This document shows, one piece after another, positions 37,001 through 54,998 of a DNA stretch of 64,000 nucleotides; position 1 is the stretch's first letter, and the number at the start of each line of letters is the position of its first letter. The stretch lies in the NCBI RefSeq assembly GCF_009914755.1, contig NC_060938.1; one strand, written 5' to 3'. The DNA is from the human T2T-CHM13v2.0 reference genome, Homo sapiens. The position numbers and the translations under genes were made by a program. The notes under the pieces were generated by a model, which was not told the origin of the DNA, did no database searches, and saw only the letters and a program-made list of their open reading frames with translations.

Positions 37001-40000
37001 ATGAACAAACTTCTTGGTTCCACTATGCCCATACCTACGGAATCCACCACTGTTTAGGGCATCCAGTGCCAATGAACCCAAACAAGGTCATGAGTTTAAT
37101 CACCAATTCCCTTTGCTCTGTTTCGTGGACACAATCTTTACCCTAAACCTAGCCAAGGGCCTCACAGAAGGCTAACTAGACCAGAGACTATGAATGAATC
37201 AGCAAAAATTCAATACCATGACTACAAAAATAACTCAAAGGTAAACCCCTGTTGACAAGTGTCAGGATTTCATTCTTCAAATGTTATAAATTTGCCAATC
37301 TGCAAAACAAAACCTTAATTACTTCATGAAAAAGCCAGTATGCTAAAAAGACATACAAGTCTTTTAACTTCTTTAATTCAAAAGCAACAATGGTAATGAG
37401 TATTATTCCCTAACATGCCATTGCTTTTACTGGAACAGATTATATTTTTATGCAATCTTTTACTTAATAAAATCTTGCAAGTAAAGTTAAATGTGAGCCC
37501 AACAAGTGCACTTTCCAGGATTTCCTTCAAAATCAAAAAACAAATGCTCCTAGTAGAAGGTCTGTTTTTATCCGAGTAGTTTCCTCTCAAAAAGAGATGC
37601 ATAGTTTTATTAGAAATCCAGAGTAATATAATACTTCATTTGACTTTCTAAATGCAGGGCCACTGAGTTAGGATTGTTGACAAATAGAAGATCATAGATA
37701 ATTATGGAAATTTAATTTAGAATTTCTCAAGTTGTATATCTTTGAACAGAAAGCTCTGTAAATATACAACATCTTCCAGTGTCCAGAGTTAAAGGATGTT
37801 ATTTTATGCCTTTGGGTTTAGAAGGGTTTTTTTTGTTTTTCACTATTTTCTAATAAAAATAAAACAGTACTAAGCCAATGAATAAGTCTATCTGTAGCAA
37901 AACGGTTTTTGTTTGTACAATATTACTATGCACTCAGTAGTTGCCCAATAAATATTAATTGATAATGATGGAAATGGGCTTTATAAACAGATGGCCTAGC
38001 ATAAATTCACTGAAAACATAGATAGAAACATTCCACTCTTCAAGAAAAGCGTAACATAGAAATTGAACAAATCCTGCACACAGAAAATCTCAGTCTATTG
38101 TCAGGCAGCTGTTCAGTCAACAGGGGCAGCAGACATTTTTCATCATCGTCATAGCATTAACGGCATTAAATGTCTATTTGCATATGGTGCTGCACAAAGT
38201 GACTCACACAGATTCACGCTAGCCTTATTTGTTATAATTTACAATGACAATATTGGCAAGAACATATAAGTACACATAGCAAAGTAAAAGTGATTAAACA
38301 TAATTTGAGATCTAGTAATATTTGGCATGAACATAAAATATGTGTCAGGCTTAAACACAACTCACAGTAGCAATCAGAGTATTTATTTAACATATAAACT
38401 TCTACTATTCCCCAATAGCATTACAGATGCTTTACAAGACGCTTACACATATGCTGAAGGATTAAGTAGAATAAAGAGAGAAGTCAGAGTCCCTAAAAGA
38501 ATAAGTAATGACTCTTCAAGAACCTAGAAAGTGAATATAATCTCAATAGTTACCAGTGGGGAAAGAAGAGATAAAAGAAGAACAAAAGTCATATGGGCAC
38601 TAGCTCACGGTTAGTAGGATGGTAAGATCAAGGAAGCTATAAGCAAATTGATCAACCCCGGAAGGCATCCTGAAAAACACACACTTTACAAAAATACTTA
38701 AATAAGAAAGTGTAAGATAACATACATGGTAGAATTTTGGAGAAAGACAGTTAAAATGAGGAACTGAATGGAGCAGAAAGTATATTGCAAGCATTTAATA
38801 ATTAATAGCCTTTAGTATTATTTTCTTAATAAAGTAAAAAGCTTCAGAAGACATGACATAAATGTTAATTATATAGAAATCAGATTACAAGAATTTCATG
38901 ACAACTTACATTTATACATCATCTTGTAAAACTGCACCCTTCAATGAATCCAAAAGCTAACAGCTGGCATGCTACTACTTCTGTGATGTAGAATACATTT
39001 CTAAACTTTCAACTTTTGTTTTATCATTATTCAATACTAGGCCAATGAAATATATTATCAAACTGGAATATTCTTTAATCCAGCCAACTATTTCCCAATA
39101 CCAGAAAGATAATATAGCTTGTAGAGACTGTCTACAATATCTAAGTAGCTAGCTTGCTCTGTAAATGGAAATTCAAGTATCAAGTACAAGGTTGAAAGAG
39201 ACATCCTCCAAGGTCTCTTCAGAATTCTCTTCTATAGAAGCTTTGGGGGAAAAAATATCTTTCACTGAAAAAAACATCAAAAGTGTTTTAGTGTCATCTG
39301 TAAGAGGCTGAATAAGAGGGCAAGGAGGGAAATCAAGAAAAAGACTAAAGAAGGTGACTGAAAAGCATGATGTATCTCAGACCTGCATGTTTCAAGCTGT
39401 GCCAAATAGTGTTCAAACGCCTTTGAAAACTAAATCCTATAATAGTCAATCATTCTTCACCATCCATTTTCTTTTTATCAGCATGTCGACATTAATGGTT
39501 CTCTCACAGTCTTATAGAGAACAATGTTTATTTCATCTTTGCAAAGAAAAAATTTGTTATTTGTTACCACAAGTAACAAATATAAAGAAGAAAATAATTA
39601 GTATGGTGTATGATGATAGGACAAAGAGCAATGGTATGGATAAAAATGATAGTAGGTCAAAATTTATATAAGTGTTTCAGCCATTGATTGGTAAAGTGCT
39701 TGACATGTTAACAACAAGCAGTGGGGCAGAATCACATTCATGAAGAATTTCCTAAAATAATGTGAAAATACAGTCTTAGCAAAAATGCCACCTCTCTCAC
39801 CCAAACTTTCCCCAAGGGGCCATAAAGAGGTAATTATTTCCCCTCTGAGATATTCTGTAGACTACACAAATGTGGAATAATGCCCTTACTGCATTGCAAA
39901 GATAGTTAACATCTCTATTTCCTCAACTAAACTAGGGGTCCCTAAAAGGTGAGATAGTATTTTAGGTATCTTTAAATCCCTAGTCCCCAGCGCAGTACCT

Positions 40001-40468
40001 GAATTATATTAGGTACATGATAGTATTGGCCAAATGAATATTTTACTGAATGAATAGTTACTATACAGTAAGCAATATTTATTCATTCATTCCTTCAAGA
40101 AACACTTACTGGGCCCCTACTCTATGCCAAGCACTGGTCCTGGTACTGGGGATGCAGCAACAAGCAAAGCAGGTAAGTCCCTGCCTCCATAAAGCCTGCA
40201 TTCTGCTCAAGGGGACAGATGGTTGACAAATAATGAAAGTGTTAAGAAAACATACAACAGTGCAAGGGGCTCAGGAGTGAAGGAGTGTTTTATCTATGAT
40301 AGTCAATAAGGGCTTTCTGAAGTAGAGTTCTGAACATGAGCGCACAAACCGTACAACTGTTTCAGAGCTGAAAATTCCTAGCTGTGGGAACAGAAAGTGC
40401 AAATGCCCAGGAGCAGGAGGTACATGGTATATCCATGGAAAAGCAAGACGGCCAGGATGGTTGGCCTA

Positions 40469-41062
<594 letters not shown>

Positions 41063-43619
41063 ACCATTGAAGGGTCTTGAAGAAAGATGTGACATTATCT
41101 GATTCTGTAAAAGACCACAAGGAGGTAAGAATGGAAGCAAGGAGGCTACAGCATTAGCCCCAGCAAAAGAGGAGATGTAGTGGTAGGAAATGAACAGTTT
41201 CCAATTTAAAAAAATATTTTTTAAATAGAGCTGACAAAATTTAATGATAGACTTGGTGTAAAGAACAGGAGAAAAGGAGAGGCAAAGACATAAAGGAAAC
41301 ATATAAAGGTTTTAAAATATAAAACAAATTATTTTATCAAGATGGTTATCTATCTGTTTAAGAAGAAACATTATAAGATGAACCACACAAAAAGAGTAAG
41401 ATTTTGCACCTTCCAAACAAGTTCACAGGTCAGGAGGAGAAAGAACTGGAAACTGGGAGCTCCAGAGACCCAAGTTCGCCCACACTTTGTGGCTTTGAAT
41501 CACAGCATCACTGTAACTTGATTGCCCATCCAAGACTAACACTGGCGAGGAAAGTTTCAGGATCTCATTCTCAGATAATAAACATAAAACTGTAACTTTT
41601 TTGTCACAACCATACAAAATCCATTAAACGATGAAATAATGAGGTTATAGTTCTAAATACTATCCTAATACTTGGCCACAGTATGGACAAAGATATATAA
41701 GAAATAACAGCTTTTCATTTTTTGAGCAATGAATAATTAATACCACAACTTTAATATTTTTTAAAAAGGGATCTGGGGTACTTAATAGAAATACAAATTA
41801 ACTAGAAACACGATGAGTCATGAGAGCTATAAAAAATGCTTTTCCAACAACTAAAGAAAAAATAGGCAAAGGATAATCTATCTGTTGGATAAACTATCCA
41901 ACAGAACACCAATAGAAAATAAATATAACTGGGTAGATGGACAACAGTGTACAAAAGGAAATCACCACCAAAAACAAGAAAATAACAATTAGGAGAAAGA
42001 GGTTTAGGTCTACATAAGATGAATATTTATAGAAAGTATCTTTGGGAAAATTCTGCATGCACAGCTTCGAAATATTAAAAGTGGAAAAGGGAATGGGAAT
42101 ATATGATTCCCGCGAAAAAAATGCTCATATCAAATTATAATCTGTTTTACTAGATATAAATAGTTTCTTCCATAGAGGGAGGGAGGGAAGGAGGAAGGAA
42201 GAAGGGAAAAACCTGTAATCCTGAAGAGGAAGCATGAAACTATAATACAAAGGCAAAGAAATGACAGTTTTCATGATAAATACAGCAGGTGTCTTCATAT
42301 AAAATACACAATGTGTCATACTTTTTAACAGCAGAGGGTAACACCGTTTCAAATTTAAATTTGTAATAACAGACAGTTAATTAGATTTTTTTCATTTGTG
42401 AGGCTAGTGCCAAGTACACTTTCAGAAAGCCCTAAGAGTTGAGAGTATACACACTATAAATAATTGTTTTTCAATAAATTTGGCCAACTTTAATAAACAG
42501 TGTCTACTACTTCACAATTAATGGTTCAATACTGACGACTAGTGGTCAAAACTTGTAGTAATTCCCTATCAAGTATTCTATGACCTTTATCAATTTATTT
42601 AAAACATTTAATGCAAATTATGTGAAAATCTAAATTAAAAGATATTGCCCTCACAAACATTCAGAAAAACACGAAGAAAAGGAATTGTATCTACAAAGTC
42701 TCTTTAAAAATTCTTTCTGTCCATTATTTGCAGTATCCCAAAAGAAAAGTCAATCAGCATTTGCTGTCAGCTCACAAAGGAAACAGTTCCATGAAATGTC
42801 ACTTTATTCACGCTCACACAGCTATGTTAACATTCTTCATAAATCCATAATTAATATTTCAAAGAGGTCTACATTTAGAATGCATGTATCTGGGCATCTC
42901 CATTCTAAATTTCTTTTTCAAACTTTGTTAAACACAAAGATATCAAAAATCCAGCTGTCTTTATTAAGTTGTCAGTATAGTTTGAAAACCAGCAACCCAC
43001 TATACGAAAATGTTATTTTTATAGAGTTGAATTATGTTTAATTTAACTATGATTGAATTCTTGAAGAATGTTTATGGAATTTTGAATATATCATTGTAAC
43101 TACTATATAAACTTCAAATAAGTTAAAATTGTTTAACTTTTACTTTCTGTCTTCAGGAATGAGAGCAGTAGAGTAACACAAGGTATAAAAATCTTGGAGT
43201 GAAATTTACCAAGAATGTTATATGCAGCTGAACAATCACTTACATTTGGAAACGTCAATTTCTTTAGCACCTGTTCAGTGAGCTCTGTGTGATAAACCCT
43301 GTACTACCTGTCCCAGAAACAAGGGTAAACGAGATGCACAAAGCCCCTCCAATGGAGTCTACATTCTTTGGCAAAAGGCATATAATAGCATAAGCAAACA
43401 AACAATAATTATAGTTTGTGTTAAATGCTATTTTTAAAAATAGAGTAATATGATACATGACAGTGAGCAATGGAACTGAAGGGGCGATTTTAGAAGGCGA
43501 GGAGGAACGGGAAAGTTTTCCCTAAAGAGGTCACAATTGAGCCTGAGGAACGAGAAGGGAGAAAAATGTTCCAGTAAGACACTGAGAAGAATCCAATGTA
43601 GCTGGAACATAGATATCTT

Positions 43620-46560
43620 AGACTAATAAGTACTGTATGTTTAAAATCTTAGAACAGCTATCAAAAGAACAGAAATATAATCTACAGCTCCAAAGCAAAC
43701 AGAAAGTATAAAAATGAATATATAATATACTCCACTCCAAATAGAAATGGGAAAAAGAAACAAAAAGAGAAGTTAAAAAAAAATAAATAAGATAAAAACA
43801 CTTTAAAATATTCCAATAATCGCAGTAAGTATAAAATGACTAATGCAACCATTAATTTATAAGATAAAGTTATTTTTAACAAACTATAAGGTGTTTTGTA
43901 AGAAACATGGAAAAATGGAAATACTAAGGAAAGATTAAAGAGGGAAAATGATATGCCATGAATAAAGTAATCTTAAGAATGTTAAAATCAAGAGGCACAC
44001 TAGGTAATATTTTTTAAATAATTGACCAAGAAGTAATTTAATTATACATAAGATACCACATGCACAAAACAGATAAAAGAAAACTGACACAAATCACACG
44101 GAGAAACTGATAATCTCTATAATAATGAGAAGCTTTAGATATATGTACTAAGAAAACAGAAGAACAGAACAACAAAATTCACAAATGACCTATTAAATTT
44201 ATATATGTGTGTGTGTATGTATGCATGTATGACATGCACAAGCACATAAAATTCTGCATCCAAAACACAGAAAAATATTTGTTTCTTACTCTGGAGTACT
44301 TACAAAAAATTGGTCATAGAATTAGGTCAAAATGGAAGTTTCAACAACTTTCAAAGGAGTTAAATTAAAAACAATAAAAAGAGTTTAAAAATAAGCACAC
44401 ATATATCTCTGAAAATACCAAAAGACATTCCTAAATAAGTTTTGAGTTATAGAGAAAATTGTAACAAATTATAAAAGATTTTGAAAAAAAATTACCATAA
44501 AAGTATAACAAAGCATATGGTAATTTGGTTAAATTTTCATTATTCATTTTAAAAAAGCAGAAAAATCAATCAAGCATTCAATTTTCAAGCCTAAAAAATA
44601 AAACAGAATAATCCTTTAAATGAAGAGAAAGAGAGAGTAACAGAGTTAAGAGCAGAAGTTAATGAAGCAATAAACAAAGCCAGTCAAAAAGAAAACTAAT
44701 AAAATAATACTATTTCTAGCAAGACTTTAAACATGAATTACCAAATTGACTTAATAAACAGGCTATACAACCCAATAAACATTAAAAAAAATTAGTAATC
44801 TGCAGCACCAAAAAGATATTAGACACAAATTGTTTTATGGGTAAGTTTCAACAGACATTCAAGAAATAGATAATCCCTCTCTTACACAAAACTAAACCAC
44901 GAAATAGGAAAAGAAGGAATCCATCTAATTCATTTTATGACACTAATGTAACCATGCTTCTAAAACCAAAAACGTCAGTGCAAGGAAAACTAATCTCAAT
45001 CATAAACACAAATATAAAAATCCTAAGAAAAAAATAGCAAGTTAATTCAGCAATGTATAAAAAAAAATTATAATCAAATAAAGTTCTCAGGAATGCAAGG
45101 AGGGCTCAACATCTATTGATGGAATCAACCATATTTAAATCAATATATTTAAATACCCAAAGTTAAGTGCACAGCAAGAATATCTGATAAATTTCACAAC
45201 CCATTCATGATTTTTAAAATAAATAAATAAATAACAGCAAACATCTCTTGGCAACCTAGGAATAGAAGGCAATGTTCTTAATGCGACAAAGGTTAGCACT
45301 AAAAAGTAGGGGCAAACACCATACAACATTTAACACTTAAGAATCATACAAATATAGAAGTAACACAAGAATTCTTGCTATCTTTGCTTCCATTTAATAT
45401 TAGACTTCAGGTTCTAACCAGTGCAATAAGATAAAAAAAAAAGAAAAGAATTATAAAGAGACTAAATTGCCTTTAATTTCAAATGATATGATTATCTATA
45501 CACTAAGATAGTATGTCAGTAAAGCTATTAAGAAATTATAAGGACTAATAAGGGCATTGAGCAAAATTGTTGGATATAAGAACCATATATGAAGCCAGTT
45601 GTACCCCTGTATACTAAAAATAACCAATTAGAGATGCAATTTTAAAAAAAAATCCCATTCCAGATAGAAAGAAAAACCATAAGGTACCTAAAAATAAGTC
45701 TAACAAAAGAGGTCTAAGACATTTATACAGACAATTATAAAACATTATTGGAAAACATTAGAAAAGACCTTCTCTTTAAATTAGTCTGTACTTAATACAA
45801 TCGCAATAAAAATGCCAGCATGATTTTTCATGGAATAGGACAAGAGATTTTCATTATCATTTACCAAAAGATAATAAAACCTATAATAATTAAGAAAGAA
45901 TTATATTAGTATAGGGCTAGACAAGCAAATCAATGGCAAAGCATATAGAGGTCAGATAGATATTGTAGGAAACTAGATATACAACAGATGTGGCATTTAA
46001 ATTAGAGTGGAAAGAACCAATTTTTATTCAAAAATGATGCTGAAGCAACTGATGAGTCATATAAAAAGCAAATTAGATCCTTTCCTCTCTCCTATTAAAA
46101 AAAAAATCCCCGGGGGAAAGAGAGAAATCCCAAATAATCCAATATTTTTAAATGAGCAAAAGTCATACATAGGCACTGTATGTAAGCACAAATGCAAACT
46201 GCCAAGAGGTGTGTGAATAGATGCTCAAATTCACTATTAGAGAAAAGTGAATAAACATAAAAATGAGTTAACACTTTATACTGATCAGATGGCAAAAACT
46301 TAAAGAATTATAACCACTACTTCTGGTAAGAATGTGGGGGAAAGAGCTACACTCAACCATTGCTGGCAGAACAACGTGCAGTTTCAGAACCTCTGGAAAA
46401 ATAAGATCTACCAATGGCAATATAAGATTACATTGGAACCATGTCAGCTAGTTGGATGAACTTCCAGAAAACATTGGCAAAAAAAAGGAAAAAACAAGAA
46501 GCAGAAATGTATACTAAATGTGATCTCATTTTCTAAAAACGAATACATGACCAAAAAGTC
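43620..46560 (+). mobile_element. Very old L1ME-type ORF2/3' relic
   Basis: A-rich degenerate ORF2 motifs (tcaggaatgcaaggagggctcaacat; ttctaaccagtgcaataaga); boundaries approximate. Confidence 0.6.
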
Positions 46561-48487
46561 CCCATATATATGCAAAGGTGTATATATAGTCTATATACAT
46601 CAGTCCAGGTAATTAAAAGCAAACAGAAAAATATAAAGGGATACCTTCCAGGCCGTCAACATGAGTTCCTTTTTTTAGGGGTAAGAGAAGTGGTTCATGA
46701 TGAAAGAACAGAGTTGGAAGAGATGTAGGAAAAAAATCAGCCATGTAAATAAATAAATAAGCCTGTATTGTAAGAGAATGTCTGAATATTTCATATGATC
46801 ACATTTAGTTATATTAAAAAACGCTTTTTGTACTAAATATTTAATAATGAAATGTTAAAAGAACTACGTGAGAAATAAACCTAGTTAAACACAGGACCAA
46901 AACAGTGTATTAATGTGGTCACTACTTAACGTATTAAACAAATATTTAGTAAGTATTATCTTCAAATACTAGAAATGAAAAGTGTTCAAAATAGGTAAAA
47001 TTAAAAGAGAGAACATATCAAGAATCAGTAACATAAATAATCGGGGACAAAGCTCTCACATATGTATTACCAGAAACTGGACAGTGAAAGAAAAAAAAAT
47101 GCCATCTTTACAGAAGAAGAAAAATAGTCAATGGGATTAAAGCTGGTTAAAAGAATAAAAAGTGTGGCTCAAAATAAGCCCCGATTTATACTACACACAC
47201 AACTTTACCCCGTGAAGAATAAACACTGGAGTAGGAGTTTTAGGATTTTCACTTGCTACACGCATTTTCCAACAAAGTAGTACATGTGTGGTTGTCCTGT
47301 TGTGATAGTGCTTTCAGCCTCTTGGTGGTTTGAGGGCTCTGACACCCTGCCTGTGTTACTCTCTGCTTACCGAACCCCATGGGGCTCACACAGTCCTGTC
47401 CAAGGACTCAATTCTAGGGCTTATGTCCTAAGAATAAGAAAAATAAAGTACATCCTCTGAGTTTTCCTCCTGCTTTCCACAGGATTGTGTTTGACTTTTA
47501 AACTTTCATTTACTTGTAAACTCTATTGGTCCTTCTCAAAGATTAGAGAGGCTGCTGGGATGATCAATACGAGAGTGATTTTAATGGGCATTTATAACAT
47601 CTAACAATATAATAGGGAAAGGAAAACTTATGAATAACTATGCAAAATATGAATATGAATAACTGTATGCAAAAATGTACGAGATGACTACAAAAAAAAA
47701 GGGGCATTGGTTATGGAAACAAGAGGGAGGCAAAGTGAATGATCAAACAAAAGTTTTACAACTGAACCTTGAAAAGGTAAGCAAAGGCGAGTCCAAGATC
47801 TGCCAGCCTTGGAAAGGCCTCCACGACTCCAAACAAAGTAGGGGAGTCTGGAAAGAAAGTGCAGGAAAAGGGGTTAATGAAGCCAGGTTAGAATATTTGC
47901 CTGACTAGGTTCTCCCCTGCTGTGTGATACTCGAAATATCACAGAAGCCTCAAGGGAGACGCAAAAGCTATTAAGAACACATTAGAAAAACATCCTAGGT
48001 TTCATGGAAGCTTCTCCCTTAATGAGTCCAAACTAAATACATTAATAAAGGGTACCCGAGGCTTTTCTTATGTGGTATCTGTATTACTCAGCATCTCTGG
48101 GGCCATAATTACATTTCTGGACAAAAATGAATAGCTACTTCTTCATTAGGTTTTTCCAAAAAAATGAAGAAAAATGTTGGAAAAAAAGTATCGATTACTT
48201 TAATTTTTCTTCATATGGCCTTAGTTTATTGATGAGCTTCACATAACCTGGTTGTCCCTCAGAACAGACTAAAAGCCACTGAGCTGAGCTCCCATCTTAA
48301 ACACTTAATTTCTCACTTAAACTTCACCATCGTCTATTAAGATTCCATGCCCTTGCCTATCCCACAGACTTCCCCATGAAACAAATTTTAATTTTAAGGC
48401 ATCTAGATCATATGTAAGCATAGAATATTGTTGATACAGATAAGGGAGAAACTACTGACTTAATATGCTATAAAATGCTCTGAAGAC

Positions 48488-49185
<698 letters not shown>

Positions 49186-49575
49186 TAAGTAATTCGGCTG
49201 AAGATGAAGAAATAATATTCAATGTATATGAAATAGCCAGTAAAAAATGAGTCAGGAGTTTCCAGGATGCAAACCAGAAGTTTAAATTTTTATCTAGGAT
49301 TTTATGTAAATATTGAACCTGCAAAAAAAGTGGTTTTGGCTTTTTTTTTTTTTTTACAGTTTTTTTTTTGTTGTGTGTTTACAGTCTACATACCTCTTTC
49401 CCAACACTACAACCTACCAAGCCTACCCCCACTCCACTAAACTAACCAAAGTTATGATACTATCAAGCACCTCATCAAAAGGAGTTTATAGTATGATAAT
49501 TTACCTCAATGTTATATACTTGACTGTGTACACAGAAAAGGCTGATGGGTATAGGCTTAACAACACTTGAATTTA

Positions 49576-49898
49576 GGTCGGGCGTGGTGGCTCCCTCCCG
49601 TAATCCCAGCACTTTAGGAGGCCAAGGTGGGCAAATCACTTGAGGTCAGGAGTTTAAGACCAGCCTGGGCAATATGGTAAAACCCCATCTCTACCCAAAA
49701 TACAACAACAAAAAAATCAGCTGGGCATGGTGATGCCTGCCTGTAGTCCCAGCTACAAGGGAGGCTGAGGTGGCAGAATCTCTTGAACCCAGGAATTCGA
49801 GGCTGTAGTGAGCCGAGATCATGCTGCTGCACTCCTGGGCAACAGAGTGACCCCATCTCAAAAAAAAAAAACAACAACAACAACAACAACAACAAAAA
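49576..49898 (+). mobile_element. AluJ-like with (AAC)n tail
   Basis: Alu consensus match. Confidence 0.85.
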
Positions 49899-50057
49899 AC
49901 ATGAATTGAATTAGTAAAGTTCAAAGTATCATCTACAATTTAAGAAAGATAATATTAAAAGAATATAGTCATACAACCCATTTAAAATACTCATCTCTCT
50001 TAAAGAAGAGACTTCCATGAGATAACCAAACCAGGTTGTTTAAAATACAATGTATGA

Positions 50058-51703
<1,646 letters not shown>

Positions 51704-53099
51704 AAAGAAAATCTGGCATTCATGTGACTTCAATAGCACATGAGTAGCTGAGGCTCAAAAAAGGAAGTGGATTCCTGGGCGTGCATGGCCCTTTTGTTCA
51801 AATCAGGACAAGAAACAGAAATGAGTGAACAATTCTTTAAAACCCCTACAGAAAAGGAAAATGGCTTTCCCTTGACCAATTTCCAATGATTAACACTGTG
51901 CTTTTGCATTAAATGGGAATAGGTAAAGCTCTGAGGACCTAAGGACCCGTGAGATAACAGCAGCAGATTTTAGCCAAAACCACAGAATGCCTCCCTGTAA
52001 TATATTATACCTTCAAATCTCTGCATCCTATAATTTCAAATAAAAACTCTTAATGTCTTAAGTTTTAAATGTCATATTTTTCATTAACATTGAAAGATAC
52101 ATTTTAAGAAGGCAAAAGAGCACAGTGGCTAGAAGTTCAGGCCCACCTGCTCAATTATGGATTTAATTTTTCACCATAAACAGGAAAAAAATGCATCAAT
52201 TACTATTATCATATGGTATAGGAATTTCCATAAGTATTTTTAATAAAAAGAAGGGAAAGTGTTTCCTCTCCTTAAACATGACCTTTCCGGAACAGTTTAA
52301 GCCATTTAACATGGGAGCAGGAAAATACATCAGCTTAATCTTTCCTAGCTTCCACTACTCTGTTTATAATCTAAAACCACTTTTTAAAAACGTATAGGTC
52401 ACTGCTTATATTAAAGTAACAAAATATGAAATTAAATAGTTCTTATCAATAGTGATCTCCTATTGTATTGTCAGAGATGGAATTCCAAATCACAGCTGAA
52501 GCTTTTAGTCAAATTGACAATTTCAATGGAAATACCCAGGCTCTGGTATCTTAAGAAAAGTGGTGGGAAGCAATCTTTTTCTCCCTCTTTCTTTGTAATT
52601 TTGTGCATTCTGCAAAGAGAGAAGAAAATAAGTACAGAAAATTTCTCTAATTTTCTCTTGCAGAAAAGAACAATTGTCTCTTTAGTACTATTCTTATGCT
52701 CACCAGATATAATTTGCTTTGAGAACAAATGTATAAAAATCAAGGTTAAAAAAAAAAAGCTTACCCACATGCTGTATCTAATTATTCAACAACATATCCT
52801 CTTCAAAGTAATTACCAACTTACAAGGGTATGTCTTCTTTTGTGAAATGGAAGGAAATGGAATTTCAGAAAACAAAAGCAGATTTTTCTATCAGCTTACA
52901 TTAAATTTCAGTGTTGCAATTTTTGTTCCTAATTTTCAATTAACAGTGAAAAAAACTTTAAAAAATCTGTCGATTAATAAAGATTAACGATCTACAAGCA
53001 CACATAAGTGTATTTTTAGAACTCTTAGAAAAATCATTTCATAAATGAAAAGAATTCCCATTTGTTTTGAATCTTTTGTGTTTCTTGTTGTTTCTACTT

Positions 53100-54220
53100 T
53101 TTATATTTTATGTATAGACCAAAGAAACACTTAAAGGGAATTTCAACAATATTCTAAAATGATAGTAACAAAATATAACCAATATAATAAAATAAAAATC
53201 CATGAGTGCACATAACAAAAAGTTCTTTCTTACAGTAGGATTCTATAAATGTAGAAGGAATCATAAAAAAATTTTTAAATCACTATCTGGCACTACTTAT
53301 AGTAGTAATTGTTTCATATGAGTCAATAATAGATGCTAAAATTAGTGAGCAAAAGTACAATAGAAATTTACAATAGAAAGTACAATAGAAAAGTACAATA
53401 GGATATGTTCAAGTCCCAAAGATAATTTTACTTTATAGGATAACTTAAATTTAAATAACTTAAAATTATTTAAATAATTTTAAGAGAATAATTGTAACTT
53501 TAACAGTGGATAAATCCACCCAGTAGGCAACACAATAATCAAGTGTTCAGTTTTCACCAGTAATGTAACAAATCAACATTATATGACTCCTGATATGATA
53601 CTATGGGAAGGACATAACTCCAATTATCTGAGTTTCAAGCCAAAAGTCCATAACCTGAATCTAGTCATGAAGAAACATCAAGAAACCCAAAATGAAAGCC
53701 ATTCTACAAAATAAATTGTTTACACCCTGAGAAGTCATCACTCATGATGACTGAAAAACTGTTCCAGATTAAAGGAAACTAAAGAGACATGACAACTAAA
53801 TGCTATGTGTGAACCTATATTTTATCCTGGATCAGGAAAGGACACTACTGTAGTAGCAAAATTTGAATAAAACGTATAGATTAAGCCATAGTATTTTACT
53901 GATTTTAATTTCCTAATTTTGATTGTTATACTGTAACTATAAAAGAAAACATACATATCAAATTATATAGATGAAAAATGATTTATTTTTTAATCAGTTG
54001 ACTTTAAGATTCACAGATAAGTATGTATATCATGTCTGCAAATTAAAAATGTTTCACAAAAAATTACATATATGTGGATGTATCTAGAATAAATGATGAA
54101 GCAAGTCTGGTAAAATATGAATAATAAGGGAATCTAGGTAAATGTTATACAGAAATTCTTCATTCTAAATTTTCAACTTTATCTATGTCTGCAATTTCAA
54201 ATTAAAAAGAGTACCTTAAG
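53100..54220 (+). mobile_element. Old L1MC/MD-type 3' region
   Basis: cataacctgaatctagtcatgaagaaacatca; aaaggaaactaaagagacatgacaactaaatgc. Confidence 0.6.
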
Positions 54221-54264
54221 GGTAACTATTCTCCATTTTAAATTGGTTTGATAATAACCTAATT

Positions 54265-54489
54265 CAGGAGTTGTCAGACTTTTTCTGTAAAGGGCCAAAC
54301 TGCCAATACTTTAAACTCCATGGGCCATATATACTTGTGGGCTACAACTACTCAACTCTGCCATTGTGTCACACAAGCACCCACAGACAATCTATCAATG
54401 AATAGGAGTGGTTGTGCTCCAATAAAACTACTTACAAAAATAGACAATGGGCCAGCTTTGACCTGTGAGCCACAGTTTGATGACCCCTG
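54265..54489 (+). mobile_element. MER58A-like hAT MITE
   Basis: CAGGAGTT...ttttctgtaaagggcca...GACCCCTG termini. Confidence 0.75.
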
Positions 54490-54881
54490 GTCTAGTCTAT
54501 GCCCAGAAAAATTAATCAGAATAATTATACTTTCAGTTAACATTTTCCGAGCATATGACAAACAGTATGTTAAGAGCTGTATTGGCATTAATTCATTTAT
54601 CCTTGCACTAATCTAATTAGGTCAATACTATTATTATTTCCATTTTCCACAGACAAAACTAGCGCCTAGAGAAGTTAAGAAACTTGCCCAACTAATGTCA
54701 CATGGACAGCAAGTATGAAACCAGGGAGGTCTGATTCTATACACTGAACTATAACCAATATGTGATATTAATACTTCTCAGATGGGTTGAATTATACTGT
54801 CACATGCAATAACCATTTTAACATGGCTAAATAAACATCCAAATTCAAGATTTACATTCCATGAAAGTGTTTTTCACAAAC

Positions 54882-54998
54882 CTCCTGTAGCTGCAGGGAC
54901 ATGAGTCCCAGTTGATCCTGGCGTCTTTCCACCAGCTCCCTTTCTGTGCGCATCTCTCTCTCCAGTTCCTGAAGCCGCCGCTCCACCCGATCTGAAAC
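54882..54998 (-). CDS. CEP128: CEP128 internal coding exon A, 117 nt, phase 0/0
   Basis: Minus strand ttattaag|GTTTCAGAT...CTACAGGAG|gtttgt. Translates VSDRVERRLQELEREMRTERELVERRQDQLGLMSLQLQE, matching recalled CEP128, and is in frame with the next exon. Confidence 0.95.

Noticed and set aside
52463-52987. 174-aa plus-strand ORF in non-repeat sequence
   Set aside because: Non-ATG (TTG) start, F/I/K/L-biased composition typical of AT-rich noise, spans a poly-A run, no recognisable domain.
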